Source of the DNA: a virus
Strand: one strand, 5' to 3'
Virus record (IMG/VR): IMGVR_UViG_3300032236_001771
Coordinates: 36,077-100,076 of that record
Length of the DNA: 64,000 nucleotides
Under the pieces are notes generated by a model. That model was not told the DNA's origin. It saw only the letters and a program-made list of their open reading frames with translations, and did not search any database. Positions 9,636 through 20,373 of this stretch are shown here, piece after piece. The position numbers were made by a program, and so were the translations under genes. The stretch's first letter is position 1; each line of letters opens with the position of its first letter.

Positions 9636-11066
9636 ATGTTCAACTCGGAATATTTGCAGGAAAAGTGGGCACCAGTAATTGGTCACCACGATCTTCCTGA
9701 AATCAAAGATCCATACCGTAGAGCCGTAACTTCGGTTCTTTTAGAAAACCAAGAAAAGTTTCTTCGTGAAGAGCGCAACATTCTTAATGAAACCGCTCCC
9801 GTAAGTAGCACTGCTTCTACAAGTGGTTATGCTGGCTTGTCTGGTGGCGCCCCTGCTGGTGGTCCTACCGCCGGTTTTGACCCAGTTTTGATTAGCCTCA
9901 TTCGTCGTTCAATGCCTAATCTTGTCGCTTACGACATTTGTGGCGTTCAACCAATGAGCGGTCCTACTGGACTTATTTTTGCAATGCGTTCACGTTATAC
10001 CAACCAATCAGGTAATGAAGCTCTGTTTAACGAAGCTGATACTAGCTTTGCTTCACAGAACACTGGTGGTACGTTGAATAACGCTGCACTTGGAACTGGT
10101 GCTTCTGGTTTCCCTGGTTCAGGCTCTTCAACTCAAACTGGCAACAACCCTTCAGTTCTTAATGATACCCCAGCGGGTACTTATGATGTTTATAGTGGTA
10201 TGACCACTGCTGCTTCTGAAGCGTTGGGTGATTCTGCTGGTAATGCTTTCCAACAGTTGGCTTTCAGCATTGAGAAAGTAACAGTTACCGCCAAAACTCG
10301 TGCTTTAAAAGCTGAATACAGCTTGGAACTTGCTCAAGACCTTAAGGCTATTCATGGTCTTGATGCCGAAACCGAACTCGCTAACATTTTGTCTAGCGAA
10401 ATTTTGGCTGAAATTAACCGTGAAATTGTCCGTACTGTTTACAACGTTGCTGAAGTTGGTGCTCAAGCTAACGTTGCTAATAAGGGTATCTTTAACCTTG
10501 ATACTGATTCCAACGGTCGTTGGTCAGTTGAGAAGTTTAAAGGACTTCTTTATCAAATTGAGCGCGATGCTAACGCGATTGCACAAAGAACTCGTCGTGG
10601 GAAGGGCAACTTTATTGTTTGCTCTGCTGACGTAGCTTCTGCTCTTGCTATGGCTGGTGTTCTTGATTATAATTCGGGTCTTACTGGTCCTAACGGTAAT
10701 AGCCTTGGTCAAGTTGATGACACTGGTAATACTTATATTGGTACTATCAATGGTCGCATCAAGGTCTATATTGACCCATATTCGGCTAACGTATCTCCTA
10801 ACCATTATTATGTTGTTGGATATAAGGGTACTTCTCCTTATGATGCTGGTATTTTCTACTGTCCATACGTTCCTCTCCAAATGGTTCGTGCTGTTGGTCA
10901 GGACAACTTCCAGCCCAAGATTGGCTTCAAGACTCGTTACGGTGTAGTTTCTAACCCATTTGCTGAGTTTACTCCTTATGGTCAGGCTCCTGTACAAGGT
11001 CTTGGACGTATTCAAGCCAACACCAACACCTACTACCGTAGAGTTGAAATTCAAAATCTTATGTGA
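9636..11066 (+). CDS. gp23: major capsid protein precursor
   Basis: 476 aa; FDPVLISLIRRSMPNLVAYDICGVQPMSGPTGLIFAMRSRY, host-like codon use. Confidence 0.97.
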   Translation: MFNSEYLQEKWAPVIGHHDLPEIKDPYRRAVTSVLLENQEKFLREERNILNETAPVSSTASTSGYAGLSGGAPAGGPTAGFDPVLISLIRRSMPNLVAYDICGVQPMSGPTGLIFAMRSRYTNQSGNEALFNEADTSFASQNTGGTLNNAALGTGASGFPGSGSSTQTGNNPSVLNDTPAGTYDVYSGMTTAASEALGDSAGNAFQQLAFSIEKVTVTAKTRALKAEYSLELAQDLKAIHGLDAETELANILSSEILAEINREIVRTVYNVAEVGAQANVANKGIFNLDTDSNGRWSVEKFKGLLYQIERDANAIAQRTRRGKGNFIVCSADVASALAMAGVLDYNSGLTGPNGNSLGQVDDTGNTYIGTINGRIKVYIDPYSANVSPNHYYVVGYKGTSPYDAGIFYCPYVPLQMVRAVGQDNFQPKIGFKTRYGVVSNPFAEFTPYGQAPVQGLGRIQANTNTYYRRVEIQNLM

Positions 11067-11090
11067 GTTTTTCTCACAATATTTTAAAGG

Positions 11091-11113
11091 GGACCCGAAA
11101 GGGTCCTTTTTTT
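11091..11113 (+). terminator. intrinsic terminator after gp23
   Basis: GGACCC-GAAA-GGGTCC followed by TTTTTTT. Confidence 0.9.
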
Positions 11114-11138
11114 ATCTAAATAATTAAAAAAATAGATA

Positions 11139-11687
11139 ATGAATACTCAATTAACTAATAGAAATTATCTAGCACCAACTGGTTTTAAAATGCAATTGTC
11201 AAATTTACCGACAGTTGAATTTTATTGTCAAGCAGCTAATATCCCAACTATTAATGCTGAATTTCCGACATTAGCAACTCCTTTACAGGATATAGCATTA
11301 CCACCAGATAAAATGGTATTTGAACCTTTAAAAATAAAATTTTTAATTGATGAAGATTTAAATAATTTTTCTGCATTACAAAATTGGTTTAGAGGATTAA
11401 CAAAACCAGAAAGTTTTAATCAAGCAACTACTTTTTTAGATTCTGGACAATATAAAGATCCAAATCAAAGATATTTGAATGAAGTTTCTGAAGGAACATT
11501 GTTTATTTTAGATAGTAATTATAACACAAATGCAAATATAAAATTTCAAAGTATTTTTCCAATTTCATTATCTGGTCTTGAGTTTAATGTTGATACTAGA
11601 GATGTTCAATATTTTGTAGCAGAAGCTGTTTTTAAATACACCATATATAACATATATGATGCTAAAGGGAATAAATTAACCTTATGA
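11139..11687 (+). CDS. tail-tube-related phage tail protein (gp3/gp54/gp19-like)
   Basis: 182 aa; YLAPTGFKMQLSNLPTVEFYCQAANIPTINAEFPT pattern like tube-fold tail proteins. Confidence 0.5.
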   Translation: MNTQLTNRNYLAPTGFKMQLSNLPTVEFYCQAANIPTINAEFPTLATPLQDIALPPDKMVFEPLKIKFLIDEDLNNFSALQNWFRGLTKPESFNQATTFLDSGQYKDPNQRYLNEVSEGTLFILDSNYNTNANIKFQSIFPISLSGLEFNVDTRDVQYFVAEAVFKYTIYNIYDAKGNKLTL

Positions 11688-12091
11688 ATTTTGATGCAAT
11701 TAAATTGATGTGGGAAAAAGATTCAATAATTGATGATATGGAATTGGATAAAGAATCTCTTAAAATTCCACAGTTACATGCAAAATATTTAAATTTATAT
11801 TCTGATTATATTTTACTCAAAGAAAAAGCTGAACTAGATCAAAAAAAAGTACTTAAAGAACGTTGGGAATATTATGATGGTAAAAGTGATATTCCATTTG
11901 ATACTAAATTATTAAAACAAGATATTCCAAGATATATTGAATCTGATGATGAATATCAAAGGATACTTAATAAAACAAAATACTATGCAGTGATAACAAA
12001 TTATTTAAAAGATGTCATAACCAGCATAAACAATAGAAGTTATACGATAAAAAATACAATAGAATGGAGAAAATTCATTAATGGTATCTGA
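11684..12091 (+). CDS. uvsY: recombination mediator UvsY
   Basis: 135 aa, QKKVLKERWEYYDGKSD ... resembles T4 UvsY; precedes uvsW. Confidence 0.8.
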   Translation: MNFDAIKLMWEKDSIIDDMELDKESLKIPQLHAKYLNLYSDYILLKEKAELDQKKVLKERWEYYDGKSDIPFDTKLLKQDIPRYIESDDEYQRILNKTKYYAVITNYLKDVITSINNRSYTIKNTIEWRKFINGI

Positions 12092-13550
12092 CATTATAAT
12101 TCAAAAAAAGAATGAAGTTTATCTATTAATTAATGCTGAACCACATATAAAACAAGAATTAACTGAATATTTTACGTTTGAAGTTCCTGATGCCAAATTT
12201 ATGCCTCAATATAAGGCTAAAATATGGGATGGCAAAATTAGATTATTTTCTCCAGGTACAGGAGAATTATATTGTGGTTTGTTACAACATGTTAAAATAT
12301 TTGCTGAAGAAAGAAATTATTCTATTGAATTAATTGATAATAAATTTTATGGACACCCAGAATATGAAGATAAAGATATTACTCCTCAAAACGTAGTAAA
12401 ATTACTAAAAAAGTTTAATATTACGCTTGAAATTAGAGATTACCAATATCGGGGCATTTACGAGGCATTAAAGAAAAAAAGAAAGTTATTACTCTCTCCT
12501 ACCGGGTCTGGTAAATCTTTGATGATTTATTCTATCGTAAGATTTCTTGAAGATACCAATCATAGAACTCTTATTATTGTACCAACTACATCTTTGGTTG
12601 AACAAATATTTAAAGATTTTATTTCCTATGGTTGGGAAGCTCCAAAATATTGTCATAAAATTTATTCTGGAAAAGAAAAACTTACTAATGCTCCAGTTGT
12701 AATTACTACTTGGCAATCTATTTACAAACTACCTAAAAAATATTTTGATGATTTTACTGCTGTTATTGGGGATGAAGCTCATTTATTTAAAGCTAAATCT
12801 TTAACATCAGTATTAACAAAATTACATCAAGCTGAATATAGAATTGGATTTACTGGTACACTTGATGGAACTAAAACTCATAAACTTGTACTTGAAGGAT
12901 TATTTGGTCCAGTTGAAGCTGTGACTAAAACTGATAATTTAATTAAAAAAGGTTATCTTGCTAGTCTTCAAATTAAAATTCTTCTTCTTAAACATGAACA
13001 TCAAACATTTAATTCGTATCAAGAAGAAATAAATTATATTATTTCAAATGAAAAAAGAAATAATTTAATCAAAAATTTAGTTAAAGATTTGGAAGGAAAT
13101 ACTCTTGTACTTTTTGCTATGGTTGAACGTCATGGTATGATTCTTTATGATTTAATAAATAATGCAGTTGGAAACAACAGAAAAGTATTTTTTGTATATG
13201 GTGGAGTTGATGTAGATGAAAGAGAAAATATTCGTCAAATAACAGAAACTCAAGATAATGCAATTATAATTGCTTCTTACGGTACATTTAGTACAGGTAT
13301 TAATATAAAAAATTTACATAATGTTGTGTTTGCTTCTCCAAGTAAGTCAAGAGTAAGAAATTTACAAAGTATTGGTAGAGTATTAAGAGTTAAAGAAGGT
13401 AAAACTCATGCAACTCTTTATGATATTGCAGATGATATATCAAAGAATAATCATAAAAATTACACTCTTAATCACCTTATTGAAAGAATAAAAACTTACA
13501 ATGAAGAAAATTTTAATTATGAAATTATAGACATAAAATTAAAAAATTAA
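12081..13550 (+). CDS. uvsW: RNA-DNA and DNA-DNA helicase UvsW
   Basis: SPTGSGKSLMIYSI, GDEAHLFKA, GFTGTL, SF2 motifs. Confidence 0.95.
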   Translation: MVSDIIIQKKNEVYLLINAEPHIKQELTEYFTFEVPDAKFMPQYKAKIWDGKIRLFSPGTGELYCGLLQHVKIFAEERNYSIELIDNKFYGHPEYEDKDITPQNVVKLLKKFNITLEIRDYQYRGIYEALKKKRKLLLSPTGSGKSLMIYSIVRFLEDTNHRTLIIVPTTSLVEQIFKDFISYGWEAPKYCHKIYSGKEKLTNAPVVITTWQSIYKLPKKYFDDFTAVIGDEAHLFKAKSLTSVLTKLHQAEYRIGFTGTLDGTKTHKLVLEGLFGPVEAVTKTDNLIKKGYLASLQIKILLLKHEHQTFNSYQEEINYIISNEKRNNLIKNLVKDLEGNTLVLFAMVERHGMILYDLINNAVGNNRKVFFVYGGVDVDERENIRQITETQDNAIIIASYGTFSTGINIKNLHNVVFASPSKSRVRNLQSIGRVLRVKEGKTHATLYDIADDISKNNHKNYTLNHLIERIKTYNEENFNYEIIDIKLKN

Positions 13551-13551
13551 T

Positions 13552-13941
13552 ATGAATCAAAAATTTTATGCTGCAATAAAATTAATATCTGGAGAAGAGT
13601 TATTAAGTTTAGTTAAAACAATAACTCATGAGGAACAAAGTACTCATATAGTATTAATTTCTCCATTAGTAGTAGAATCAATAGAAATTCCAGGTATGTT
13701 TTCTGGATTAAAAATTGATAGATGGATGTCTATATCTAATCAAGAAACATTTATAATACCACTTGATAAAATAATTACTATGACTGAAGTTAATACATCA
13801 ATAGAATTATTTTATACTAAAAGTTTAAATCAATTAATTAAAGAAGAAGAAACATATAAGATAAAGAATTTAACTAATGAAAAAGATAGAATTATTGAAA
13901 GAGCTAGAATTAAATTAGAGAAGATATTTAAAGAGTATTAG
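13552..13941 (+). CDS. Sm/LSm-like conserved cyanophage protein
   Basis: AAIKLISGEELLSLV...ISPLVVE...DKIITMTEVNTSIELFYTKS; similar to ORFs at 21745 and 22058. Confidence 0.45.
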   Translation: MNQKFYAAIKLISGEELLSLVKTITHEEQSTHIVLISPLVVESIEIPGMFSGLKIDRWMSISNQETFIIPLDKIITMTEVNTSIELFYTKSLNQLIKEEETYKIKNLTNEKDRIIERARIKLEKIFKEY

Positions 13942-14007
13942 ATAATAGTATATAATAAGTTATCTGAAACGCAACATAGCTATTATACATGGATTCAGGA
14001 CCCTTGT

Positions 14008-14037
14008 CAACCCCCCCTACTAAAGGGGTTGCTTTTT
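14008..14037 (+). terminator. terminator hairpin directly upstream of/overlapping the gp55 promoter
   Basis: CAACCCC ... GGGGTTG stem then CTTTTT. Confidence 0.6.
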
Positions 14038-14057
14038 GGTAAGAACCCTGCTATAAT
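14029..14057 (+). promoter_or_regulatory. sigma70-type early promoter for gp55
   Basis: TTGCTT (14029-14034), 17 nt spacer, TATAAT (14052-14057). Confidence 0.65.
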
Positions 14058-14078
14058 GGGTAAAGATACTACAAGAAG

Positions 14079-14540
14079 ATGAAACAAAAAGAACATTATG
14101 TAAACAATAAAGATTTTCTTAATGCTATAACCGAGTATAGGAAGAAATTCTTTGAAGCAAAAGAAAAAGATTTACCTGCACCAAAAATACCAGAATACCT
14201 TGGTAGTTGTTTTTTAAAAATTGCTACACACTTATCATATAAACCAAATTTTGTTAATTATATGTTTAAGGATGATATGATTGCAGATGGAGTAGAAAAT
14301 TGTCTCACTTATATTGACAGATTTGATCCAGAAAAAGGTTCTAATCCATTTGCATATTTTACTCAAATTATTTACTTTGCTTTTCTTAGAAGAATTCAAA
14401 AAGAAAAGAAACAGTTGGAAATTAAAAATAAAATTTTAGAGAAATCTGGATTTGATGAAGTATTTTATGTTGATGTTGGTTATAATTCTTCTGATATGAA
14501 TACTATTAAACAGAATTTGGAAATTAGAGGAAGAAAATGA
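14079..14540 (+). CDS. gp55: late transcription sigma factor
   Basis: YIDRFDPEKGSNPFAYFTQIIYFAFLRRIQKEKKQ sigma region 2 signature. Confidence 0.92.
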   Translation: MKQKEHYVNNKDFLNAITEYRKKFFEAKEKDLPAPKIPEYLGSCFLKIATHLSYKPNFVNYMFKDDMIADGVENCLTYIDRFDPEKGSNPFAYFTQIIYFAFLRRIQKEKKQLEIKNKILEKSGFDEVFYVDVGYNSSDMNTIKQNLEIRGRK

Positions 14541-15580
14541 AAATTTGTTTAATAACAGATCAACATTTTGCCGTAAGAAAAGGAAACAAGGTATACTTTG
14601 ATTATTATGAAAAATTTTACAAAAATGTTTTCATACCGTACTTAAAAGACAATAATATCAAAGTTATTATTGATTTGGGGGATACGTTTGATAACAGAAA
14701 AAACATTGATTTTTTATCTTTATTTAAAGCAAAACAGATGTTTTATGAACCAATTAAAGAATTAGGAATAACCATTCATATGTTAATTGGTAATCATACA
14801 ACCTTTTACAAAAACACTAATGATATAAATTCACCAAATCTTATTTTGACTGAATACGATAATATTAAAATATATTCAAAAATTCAAGATATTGAAATTG
14901 ATGGATGTAAAATAACTATGCTTCCATGGATTAATTCTGAAAATGAATCATCTGTAATGCAACATATTGAAACTAGTAATGCATCTGTTTTATGTGGTCA
15001 TCTTGAATTAAATGGATTTATGTCTCAACCAGGGCACATATTTGAAGGTGGTATTGATGCAAAAATATTTTCTAGTTATAAAAAAGTATTTTCTGGTCAT
15101 TTTCATCATAGATCATCTAAAGATAATATTTTTTATCTAGGAAATCCTTATCCTTTATATTGGAATGACTATAATGAAAGTAGAGGATTTCATGAATTTG
15201 ATACTGAAACTTTTAAGTTAAAGTTTATAAAAAATCCATATACTATTTTTACTAAAATCTATTATGACGATATAAAAACAGATTATAAAAAAATTGATCT
15301 AACAAAATACAAAGAAACCTATGTTAAAGTATATGTTGTAAATAAAAACGACCAATATCTATTTGATAATTTTATTCAAGCTCTTCACGATATTGAAGCT
15401 TATGAAATTAAAGTTATTGAAGATGAAATTATTGTTTATGATAATGATGATATTAATGTAGAAACAGATGATACATTAACTATACTTCAAGGATATGTTG
15501 ATGATATTAATTATCATGATATTTCTTCTGTAAAAACTAAATTAAAATCTTTATATTTGGAAGCTTTAGAGGTAATTTGA
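14537..15580 (+). CDS. gp47: recombination endonuclease subunit gp47 (SbcD/Mre11-like)
   Basis: LGDTFDNRKNIDF, LIGNHTTFYKN, CGHLELNGF, FSGHFHHRS phosphoesterase motifs. Confidence 0.95.
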   Translation: MKICLITDQHFAVRKGNKVYFDYYEKFYKNVFIPYLKDNNIKVIIDLGDTFDNRKNIDFLSLFKAKQMFYEPIKELGITIHMLIGNHTTFYKNTNDINSPNLILTEYDNIKIYSKIQDIEIDGCKITMLPWINSENESSVMQHIETSNASVLCGHLELNGFMSQPGHIFEGGIDAKIFSSYKKVFSGHFHHRSSKDNIFYLGNPYPLYWNDYNESRGFHEFDTETFKLKFIKNPYTIFTKIYYDDIKTDYKKIDLTKYKETYVKVYVVNKNDQYLFDNFIQALHDIEAYEIKVIEDEIIVYDNDDINVETDDTLTILQGYVDDINYHDISSVKTKLKSLYLEALEVI

Positions 15581-15584
15581 TTTT

Positions 15585-17306
15585 ATGATTTTATTTAAAT
15601 CTATATCATTTAAGAATTTTCTTTCTTTTGGAAATAATTATACTACAATTAATTTTGCTGATGCCTCTACAACTTTAATTGTAGGAAGTAATGGGGCAGG
15701 TAAATCAACAATACTTGATGCAATAACTTTTGTATTATTTAATAAACCATTTAGAAAAATTAATAAACCATCACTTGTAAATTCAGTTAATAATTCTGAG
15801 TGTGTTGTACAAATTGAATTTTCTGTTGGTAAAAAAGAATATAAAATAATAAGAGGAATTAAGCCAAATATATTTGAAATTTGGATTGACGATGAAATGT
15901 TAAATCAAGATTCTGCAACAATTGATCAACAAAAATATCTTGAACAAAATATTTTACGTCTTAATTTTAAATCATTTACACAAGTTGTAATTTTGGGCTC
16001 TTCAACTTTTGTACCATTTATGCAGTTACCTGCAGCGCAAAGAAGAGATATTATTGAAGACTTGCTTGATATTAAAATATTTTCTACAATGAATGGTATT
16101 TTAAAAGACAATAATAAGTCTATATTGGATCAAATTAAAGAATATGAATATAAACTTGAATTGATAAAACAAAAAACAGAAGTTCAAAAAAAATTAATCA
16201 AAGAACTTACTGAATTAAGTGATAAATCTATTCAACAAAAGAAAACTAAAATTGTGGAATTTTCCAATAAAATAATTGAGTTGGAAAAATTAAGAACAAG
16301 TGCAGAAGAAATATTAAAAGCACTTCATCAAGAAATATCTGATTTAGGAACTCCAGAATTACAATTAAAAAAATTAGAACAATATCAAAATAATTTTAAT
16401 AATCAATTAAAAAAATTTAATCAATTAAATGAATTTTTTTCTAACAACAATTCATGTCCAACTTGTGGACAAAATATTGATAATAAATTTAAAGTTGATA
16501 AAATAAAAGAAAATCAATCTCAAATTGAAGAGGTTAATAATGCGTTGATGCAAGTTGATGGTAAAATTGATACTATTGTTAATACAATTACAAACAAAAC
16601 AAAACTTCTTAATAAAGTAACTAAATTAAATACTAGTGTATCAGAAACAAATTATAAAATAACAAATATTAACAATACGATTGGTGATATTAAAGATGAA
16701 ATTGAAGACATAGAAACAAAAGATTCTAGTGTTGATAAAGAAAAAAAAGTACTTGATATTATTGTAAATGAAGGTATTGATGTAATTGAAAAATTAAAAG
16801 TACTTAAAAAAAATAAAGAAGAGTATGAAATTATTTTATATTTATTAAAAGATACTGGAATTAAATCAAAAATTATTAAAAAATATTTACCAATTTTTAA
16901 TAATTTAATTAACAAATATCTTCAAGAAATGGATTTTTTTGTTAATTTTATGTTAAATGAAAATTTTGAAGAAACCATTAAATCTAGACATAGGGATGAT
17001 TTTTCATATGGTTCTTTTTCGGAAGGAGAAAAAATGAGAATTGATTTAGCTCTTCTTTTTACTTGGAGAGAAATAGCTAAAATTAAAAATTCAGTAAATA
17101 CAAATCTTTTATTGTTAGATGAAGTATGTGATAGTTCTTTAGATATTTCTGGTACTGATGATTTTATTAGAATTTTAAGACAATTTGATAAAAATATTAA
17201 TGTTTTTATTATTTCACATAAAGGAGATATTTTGTTAGATAAATTTGAAAAAACATTATTTTTTGAAAAAGTTAAAAACTTTTCAAAGGTCAAAGAACTC
17301 AAATGA
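15585..17306 (+). CDS. gp46: recombination endonuclease subunit gp46 (SbcC/Rad50-like)
   Basis: Walker A VGSNGAGKSTILDAITF, CPTCGQ zinc hook, SEGEKMRIDLALLF, LLLDEVCDSSLD. Confidence 0.96.
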   Translation: MILFKSISFKNFLSFGNNYTTINFADASTTLIVGSNGAGKSTILDAITFVLFNKPFRKINKPSLVNSVNNSECVVQIEFSVGKKEYKIIRGIKPNIFEIWIDDEMLNQDSATIDQQKYLEQNILRLNFKSFTQVVILGSSTFVPFMQLPAAQRRDIIEDLLDIKIFSTMNGILKDNNKSILDQIKEYEYKLELIKQKTEVQKKLIKELTELSDKSIQQKKTKIVEFSNKIIELEKLRTSAEEILKALHQEISDLGTPELQLKKLEQYQNNFNNQLKKFNQLNEFFSNNNSCPTCGQNIDNKFKVDKIKENQSQIEEVNNALMQVDGKIDTIVNTITNKTKLLNKVTKLNTSVSETNYKITNINNTIGDIKDEIEDIETKDSSVDKEKKVLDIIVNEGIDVIEKLKVLKKNKEEYEIILYLLKDTGIKSKIIKKYLPIFNNLINKYLQEMDFFVNFMLNENFEETIKSRHRDDFSYGSFSEGEKMRIDLALLFTWREIAKIKNSVNTNLLLLDEVCDSSLDISGTDDFIRILRQFDKNINVFIISHKGDILLDKFEKTLFFEKVKNFSKVKELK

Positions 17307-17314
17307 TGTAACCC

Positions 17315-17343
17315 TTGACAAATTGGCTAAACCGGTGTACAAT
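17315..17343 (+). promoter_or_regulatory. sigma70-type promoter
   Basis: TTGACA (17315-17320), 17 nt, TACAAT (17338-17343). Confidence 0.85.
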
Positions 17344-17386
17344 GCTATTTGGGTCGTATGCTCAAACTTATTGGACAAAAATTATT

Positions 17387-17773
17387 ATGGATGAAATACC
17401 AGAAAAAACCAGTTACGAATTGAAATTGATTACAAATTTACAAAACAATATGACCATTCAAAATAATCAAAATGGATTTTGGAAGTATAATGAAGATAAG
17501 ACACTAAAACAGATTGAAGAATATCTTATCAGCACTTACAAATCCCATTATACTTCTGAAACATCAAAAACACAAACTCTTGATTTGATTGAAAGTATTG
17601 GAGATGCAGAACCCTTTACTCGTTCTAATGCCATTAAATACCTTTCTCGTTTTGGTAAAAAGAACGGAAAATCCAAAATGGATATTTTGAAGGCAATTCA
17701 TTATTGTATTCTTCTTTATCATTTCTCTGGTCTACACAATGAAAATGCGAAATCAACTTATGAAACCTACTAA
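17387..17773 (+). CDS. DUF3310-like protein (start corrected downstream of promoter)
   Basis: ORF-track start 17315 lies on the -35 box; ATG 17387 (MDEIPEKTSYE...) is in frame; TQTLDLIESIGDAEPFTRSNAIKYLSRFGKKNGKSKMDILKAIHY. Confidence 0.65.
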   Translation: MDEIPEKTSYELKLITNLQNNMTIQNNQNGFWKYNEDKTLKQIEEYLISTYKSHYTSETSKTQTLDLIESIGDAEPFTRSNAIKYLSRFGKKNGKSKMDILKAIHYCILLYHFSGLHNENAKSTYETY

Positions 17774-18422
17774 CGAAACTTTAACCATATTGAAAAATTT
17801 TTCTTCTATTAATAAGTCAATTCTTATTAAAGAAGGTAATGAACTTTCTACAATTGCTATTACTAAAAATATTTTTGCCAAAGCATTAATTACTGAAAAA
17901 TTTCCTAGAGAATTTGCAATTTATGATCTAACTGAATTTCTTTCTGGTCTTACTCTTTTTAAAGAAAAGGAATTTGAATTTGATTTTAGTAATGACAGTT
18001 ATTTGATTATTAAAAGTTGTGGTTCTGAAGTAAAATATTTTTATTCGGATCCAGATATTATTGCAGCACCACCAAATAAAAAATTGGTAATGCCAACTCC
18101 AGAAGTTCAATTTATTTTGAATTCTGATGTATTAGATATGATGATTAGGTCTGCTAATGTTTATCAATTGCCTGATTTATGTGTTGAGGGAGATGGAAAA
18201 GAAATTCATCTTGTAGTTAAAGATAAAAAGAATAGTACATCTAATACTTATTCAATGATTGTTGGATTGACTGAAAATACTTTTTCTTATAATTTTAAAA
18301 TGGAAAACATTAAAATTCTTCCGGGAACTTATAATGTGAGTATTTCTTCTAAAATTTCACAATTTATTAATTCCGAATTGAATGTAGAATATTATATTGC
18401 TTTGGAACCGGATACTAACTGA
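17739..18422 (+). CDS. gp45: sliding clamp
   Basis: 227 aa; position before gp44; clamp-like sequence. Confidence 0.92.
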   Translation: MKMRNQLMKPTNETLTILKNFSSINKSILIKEGNELSTIAITKNIFAKALITEKFPREFAIYDLTEFLSGLTLFKEKEFEFDFSNDSYLIIKSCGSEVKYFYSDPDIIAAPPNKKLVMPTPEVQFILNSDVLDMMIRSANVYQLPDLCVEGDGKEIHLVVKDKKNSTSNTYSMIVGLTENTFSYNFKMENIKILPGTYNVSISSKISQFINSELNVEYYIALEPDTN

Positions 18423-18445
18423 CCACACTTGTTGAGAATTTTGTA

Positions 18446-19390
18446 ATGAAAACTGATTTTCTTTTTGTGGAAAAATACAGACCACAAACTATTGAAGACT
18501 GCATCTTACCAGAAAACATTAAAAAAACATTTATTGAATTTTTAAAAAAAGGGGAGATTCCAAATCTTTTACTTTCTGGTCCTCCTGGTATTGGAAAAAC
18601 AACAATAGCAAAAGCATTATGTAAAGAATTGGGAGCAGATTATTATGTCATTAACGGATCTGATGAAGGTAGATTTTTAGATACGGTTAGAAATCAAGCA
18701 AAAAATTTTGCAACTACAGTATCACTTCAAACTGATGCTAAACACAAAGTTATTATTATTGATGAGGCAGATAACACAGGAAGTGAAGTTCAATTGTTAT
18801 TGCGGGCAAATATTGAAGCATATTATAATAATTGTAGATTTATTTTTACATGTAACTATAAAAATAAAATTATTGAACCTCTTCATTCAAGATGTGCAGT
18901 TATTGATTTTACAATTCCAAATAAACAAAAACCAAAAATTGCAGGAGAATTTTTTAAACGAGTATCAAAAATATTGATTGAAGAGAATATTGAATATGAT
19001 AAACAAGTAATTGCAGAATTGGTAAATAAATATTTTCCAGATTTTCGTAGAACTTTAAACGAAATTCAAAGATATTCATCCGATGGTTCTATTGATTCTG
19101 GAATTCTTGTTGAAGTTGCAGATATAAATCTGGCAGAACTTATAAAAGCATTGTCTAATAAAGAATTTACAGTTGTTCGTAAATGGGTTGTATCTAATTT
19201 GGATAATGACCCTAATACAATTTTTAGAAAAATTTATAATTCTTTGTATGATACTTTAGTTCCTTCTTCTATTCCCCAGGCAGTTTTAATTATTGCCAAA
19301 TATCAATATCAACAAGCATTTGTTGCAGATTCAGAAATAAATTTATTAGCTGCTCTTACTGAAATTATGGTTAGTTGTCAATTTCAATGA
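18446..19390 (+). CDS. gp44: clamp loader large subunit
   Basis: LLLSGPPGIGKTTIAKAL, IIDEADN AAA+ motifs. Confidence 0.96.
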   Translation: MKTDFLFVEKYRPQTIEDCILPENIKKTFIEFLKKGEIPNLLLSGPPGIGKTTIAKALCKELGADYYVINGSDEGRFLDTVRNQAKNFATTVSLQTDAKHKVIIIDEADNTGSEVQLLLRANIEAYYNNCRFIFTCNYKNKIIEPLHSRCAVIDFTIPNKQKPKIAGEFFKRVSKILIEENIEYDKQVIAELVNKYFPDFRRTLNEIQRYSSDGSIDSGILVEVADINLAELIKALSNKEFTVVRKWVVSNLDNDPNTIFRKIYNSLYDTLVPSSIPQAVLIIAKYQYQQAFVADSEINLLAALTEIMVSCQFQ

Positions 19391-19578
19391 ATTACGATAA
19401 ATTTAAAACATCAAGAATAAAAACGACACCAGAAAATGTCAAAGAAGCAAATGAAGGATTGTTTTATTCTAAAATGAATTTACCACAAGCGGCTCACCAT
19501 TGTGGGATGACAAACAAAGAAATGAAACTTACCTTTTTTGAATATTTAAAATATCATTCTCCTAATTATGAGTTATGA
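19375..19578 (+). CDS. small conserved cyanophage protein
   Basis: 67 aa between gp44 and gp62, overlapping starts/stops. Confidence 0.6.
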   Translation: MSISMNYDKFKTSRIKTTPENVKEANEGLFYSKMNLPQAAHHCGMTNKEMKLTFFEYLKYHSPNYEL

Positions 19579-19954
19579 ATTGAAAGATTGGTTAAATTCT
19601 ATTAATCAATCAAAAAACAATATAATGGATCAAGATATAGATTCAATTTCTCAATATCCACCTTATATTATTAATAAATGTTTATCTGGTTTTATTGATA
19701 CAGTAATGTATGCAAATGAGATGAACATTTATAATTTTTTAGATAAAAAAATGCAATATGATTTTTTTATAAATATTGTCAGACCAAAGAAAAGATTTTC
19801 TCCTTGGTTATACAAAGAGAAATTGAATGATTTGGAGTTAGTTAAAAAATATTATGGATATAATAATGATAAGGCACGATCTGCTTTAAAAATTTTAACT
19901 AAAGAACAACTTGAATTTATTAAATCTAAACTTGATACTGGTGGAAAAAAATGA
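19568..19954 (+). CDS. gp62: clamp loader small subunit
   Basis: position between gp44 and regA; YELKDWLNSINQSKNNIMD start. Confidence 0.85.
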   Translation: MSYELKDWLNSINQSKNNIMDQDIDSISQYPPYIINKCLSGFIDTVMYANEMNIYNFLDKKMQYDFFINIVRPKKRFSPWLYKEKLNDLELVKKYYGYNNDKARSALKILTKEQLEFIKSKLDTGGKK

Positions 19955-20373
19955 TTACAAATGAAATTGAAATTAAATGGACTCCTGAACAAATGATTGA
20001 AGTTCGTCTTAATCAACCAGATGACTTTTTAAAAGTTCGTGAAACTTTAACTCGTATTGGTGTTGCTTCTAGAAAAGATAAAGTTCTTTATCAATCATGT
20101 CATATTCTTCATAAACAAGGTCGTTATTATATTGTTCATTTTAAAGAATTATTTGCTTTGGATGGTAAAAAAGCAAATCTTTCTGAAAATGATCTTCAAA
20201 GAAGAAATAGAATTATAAGACTTTTAGCTGATTGGGGTCTTGTTGAAGTATTGGATGAAAATAAAATTCAAGATGTTGCTCCTTTAAATCAAATTAAAGT
20301 AATTTCGTATAAAGAAAAAGACGAATGGGATTTACAAACAAAATATAATATTGGAAAGAAGAAAACCGCATAA
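19951..20373 (+). CDS. regA: translational repressor RegA
   Basis: KVRETLTRIGVASRKDKVLYQSCHILHKQGRYYIVHFKELFALDG matches RegA. Confidence 0.95.
   Translation: MITNEIEIKWTPEQMIEVRLNQPDDFLKVRETLTRIGVASRKDKVLYQSCHILHKQGRYYIVHFKELFALDGKKANLSENDLQRRNRIIRLLADWGLVEVLDENKIQDVAPLNQIKVISYKEKDEWDLQTKYNIGKKKTA

Noticed and set aside
10524-11054. 176-aa minus-strand ORF inside gp23
   Set aside because: Lies entirely opposite the strongly conserved major capsid gene; open only through its codon bias.
14079-14540. Generic host-derived sigma factor
   Set aside because: Length (153 aa), single region-2-like motif and location beside gp47/gp46 fit T4-like gp55 rather than a full bacterial sigma factor.
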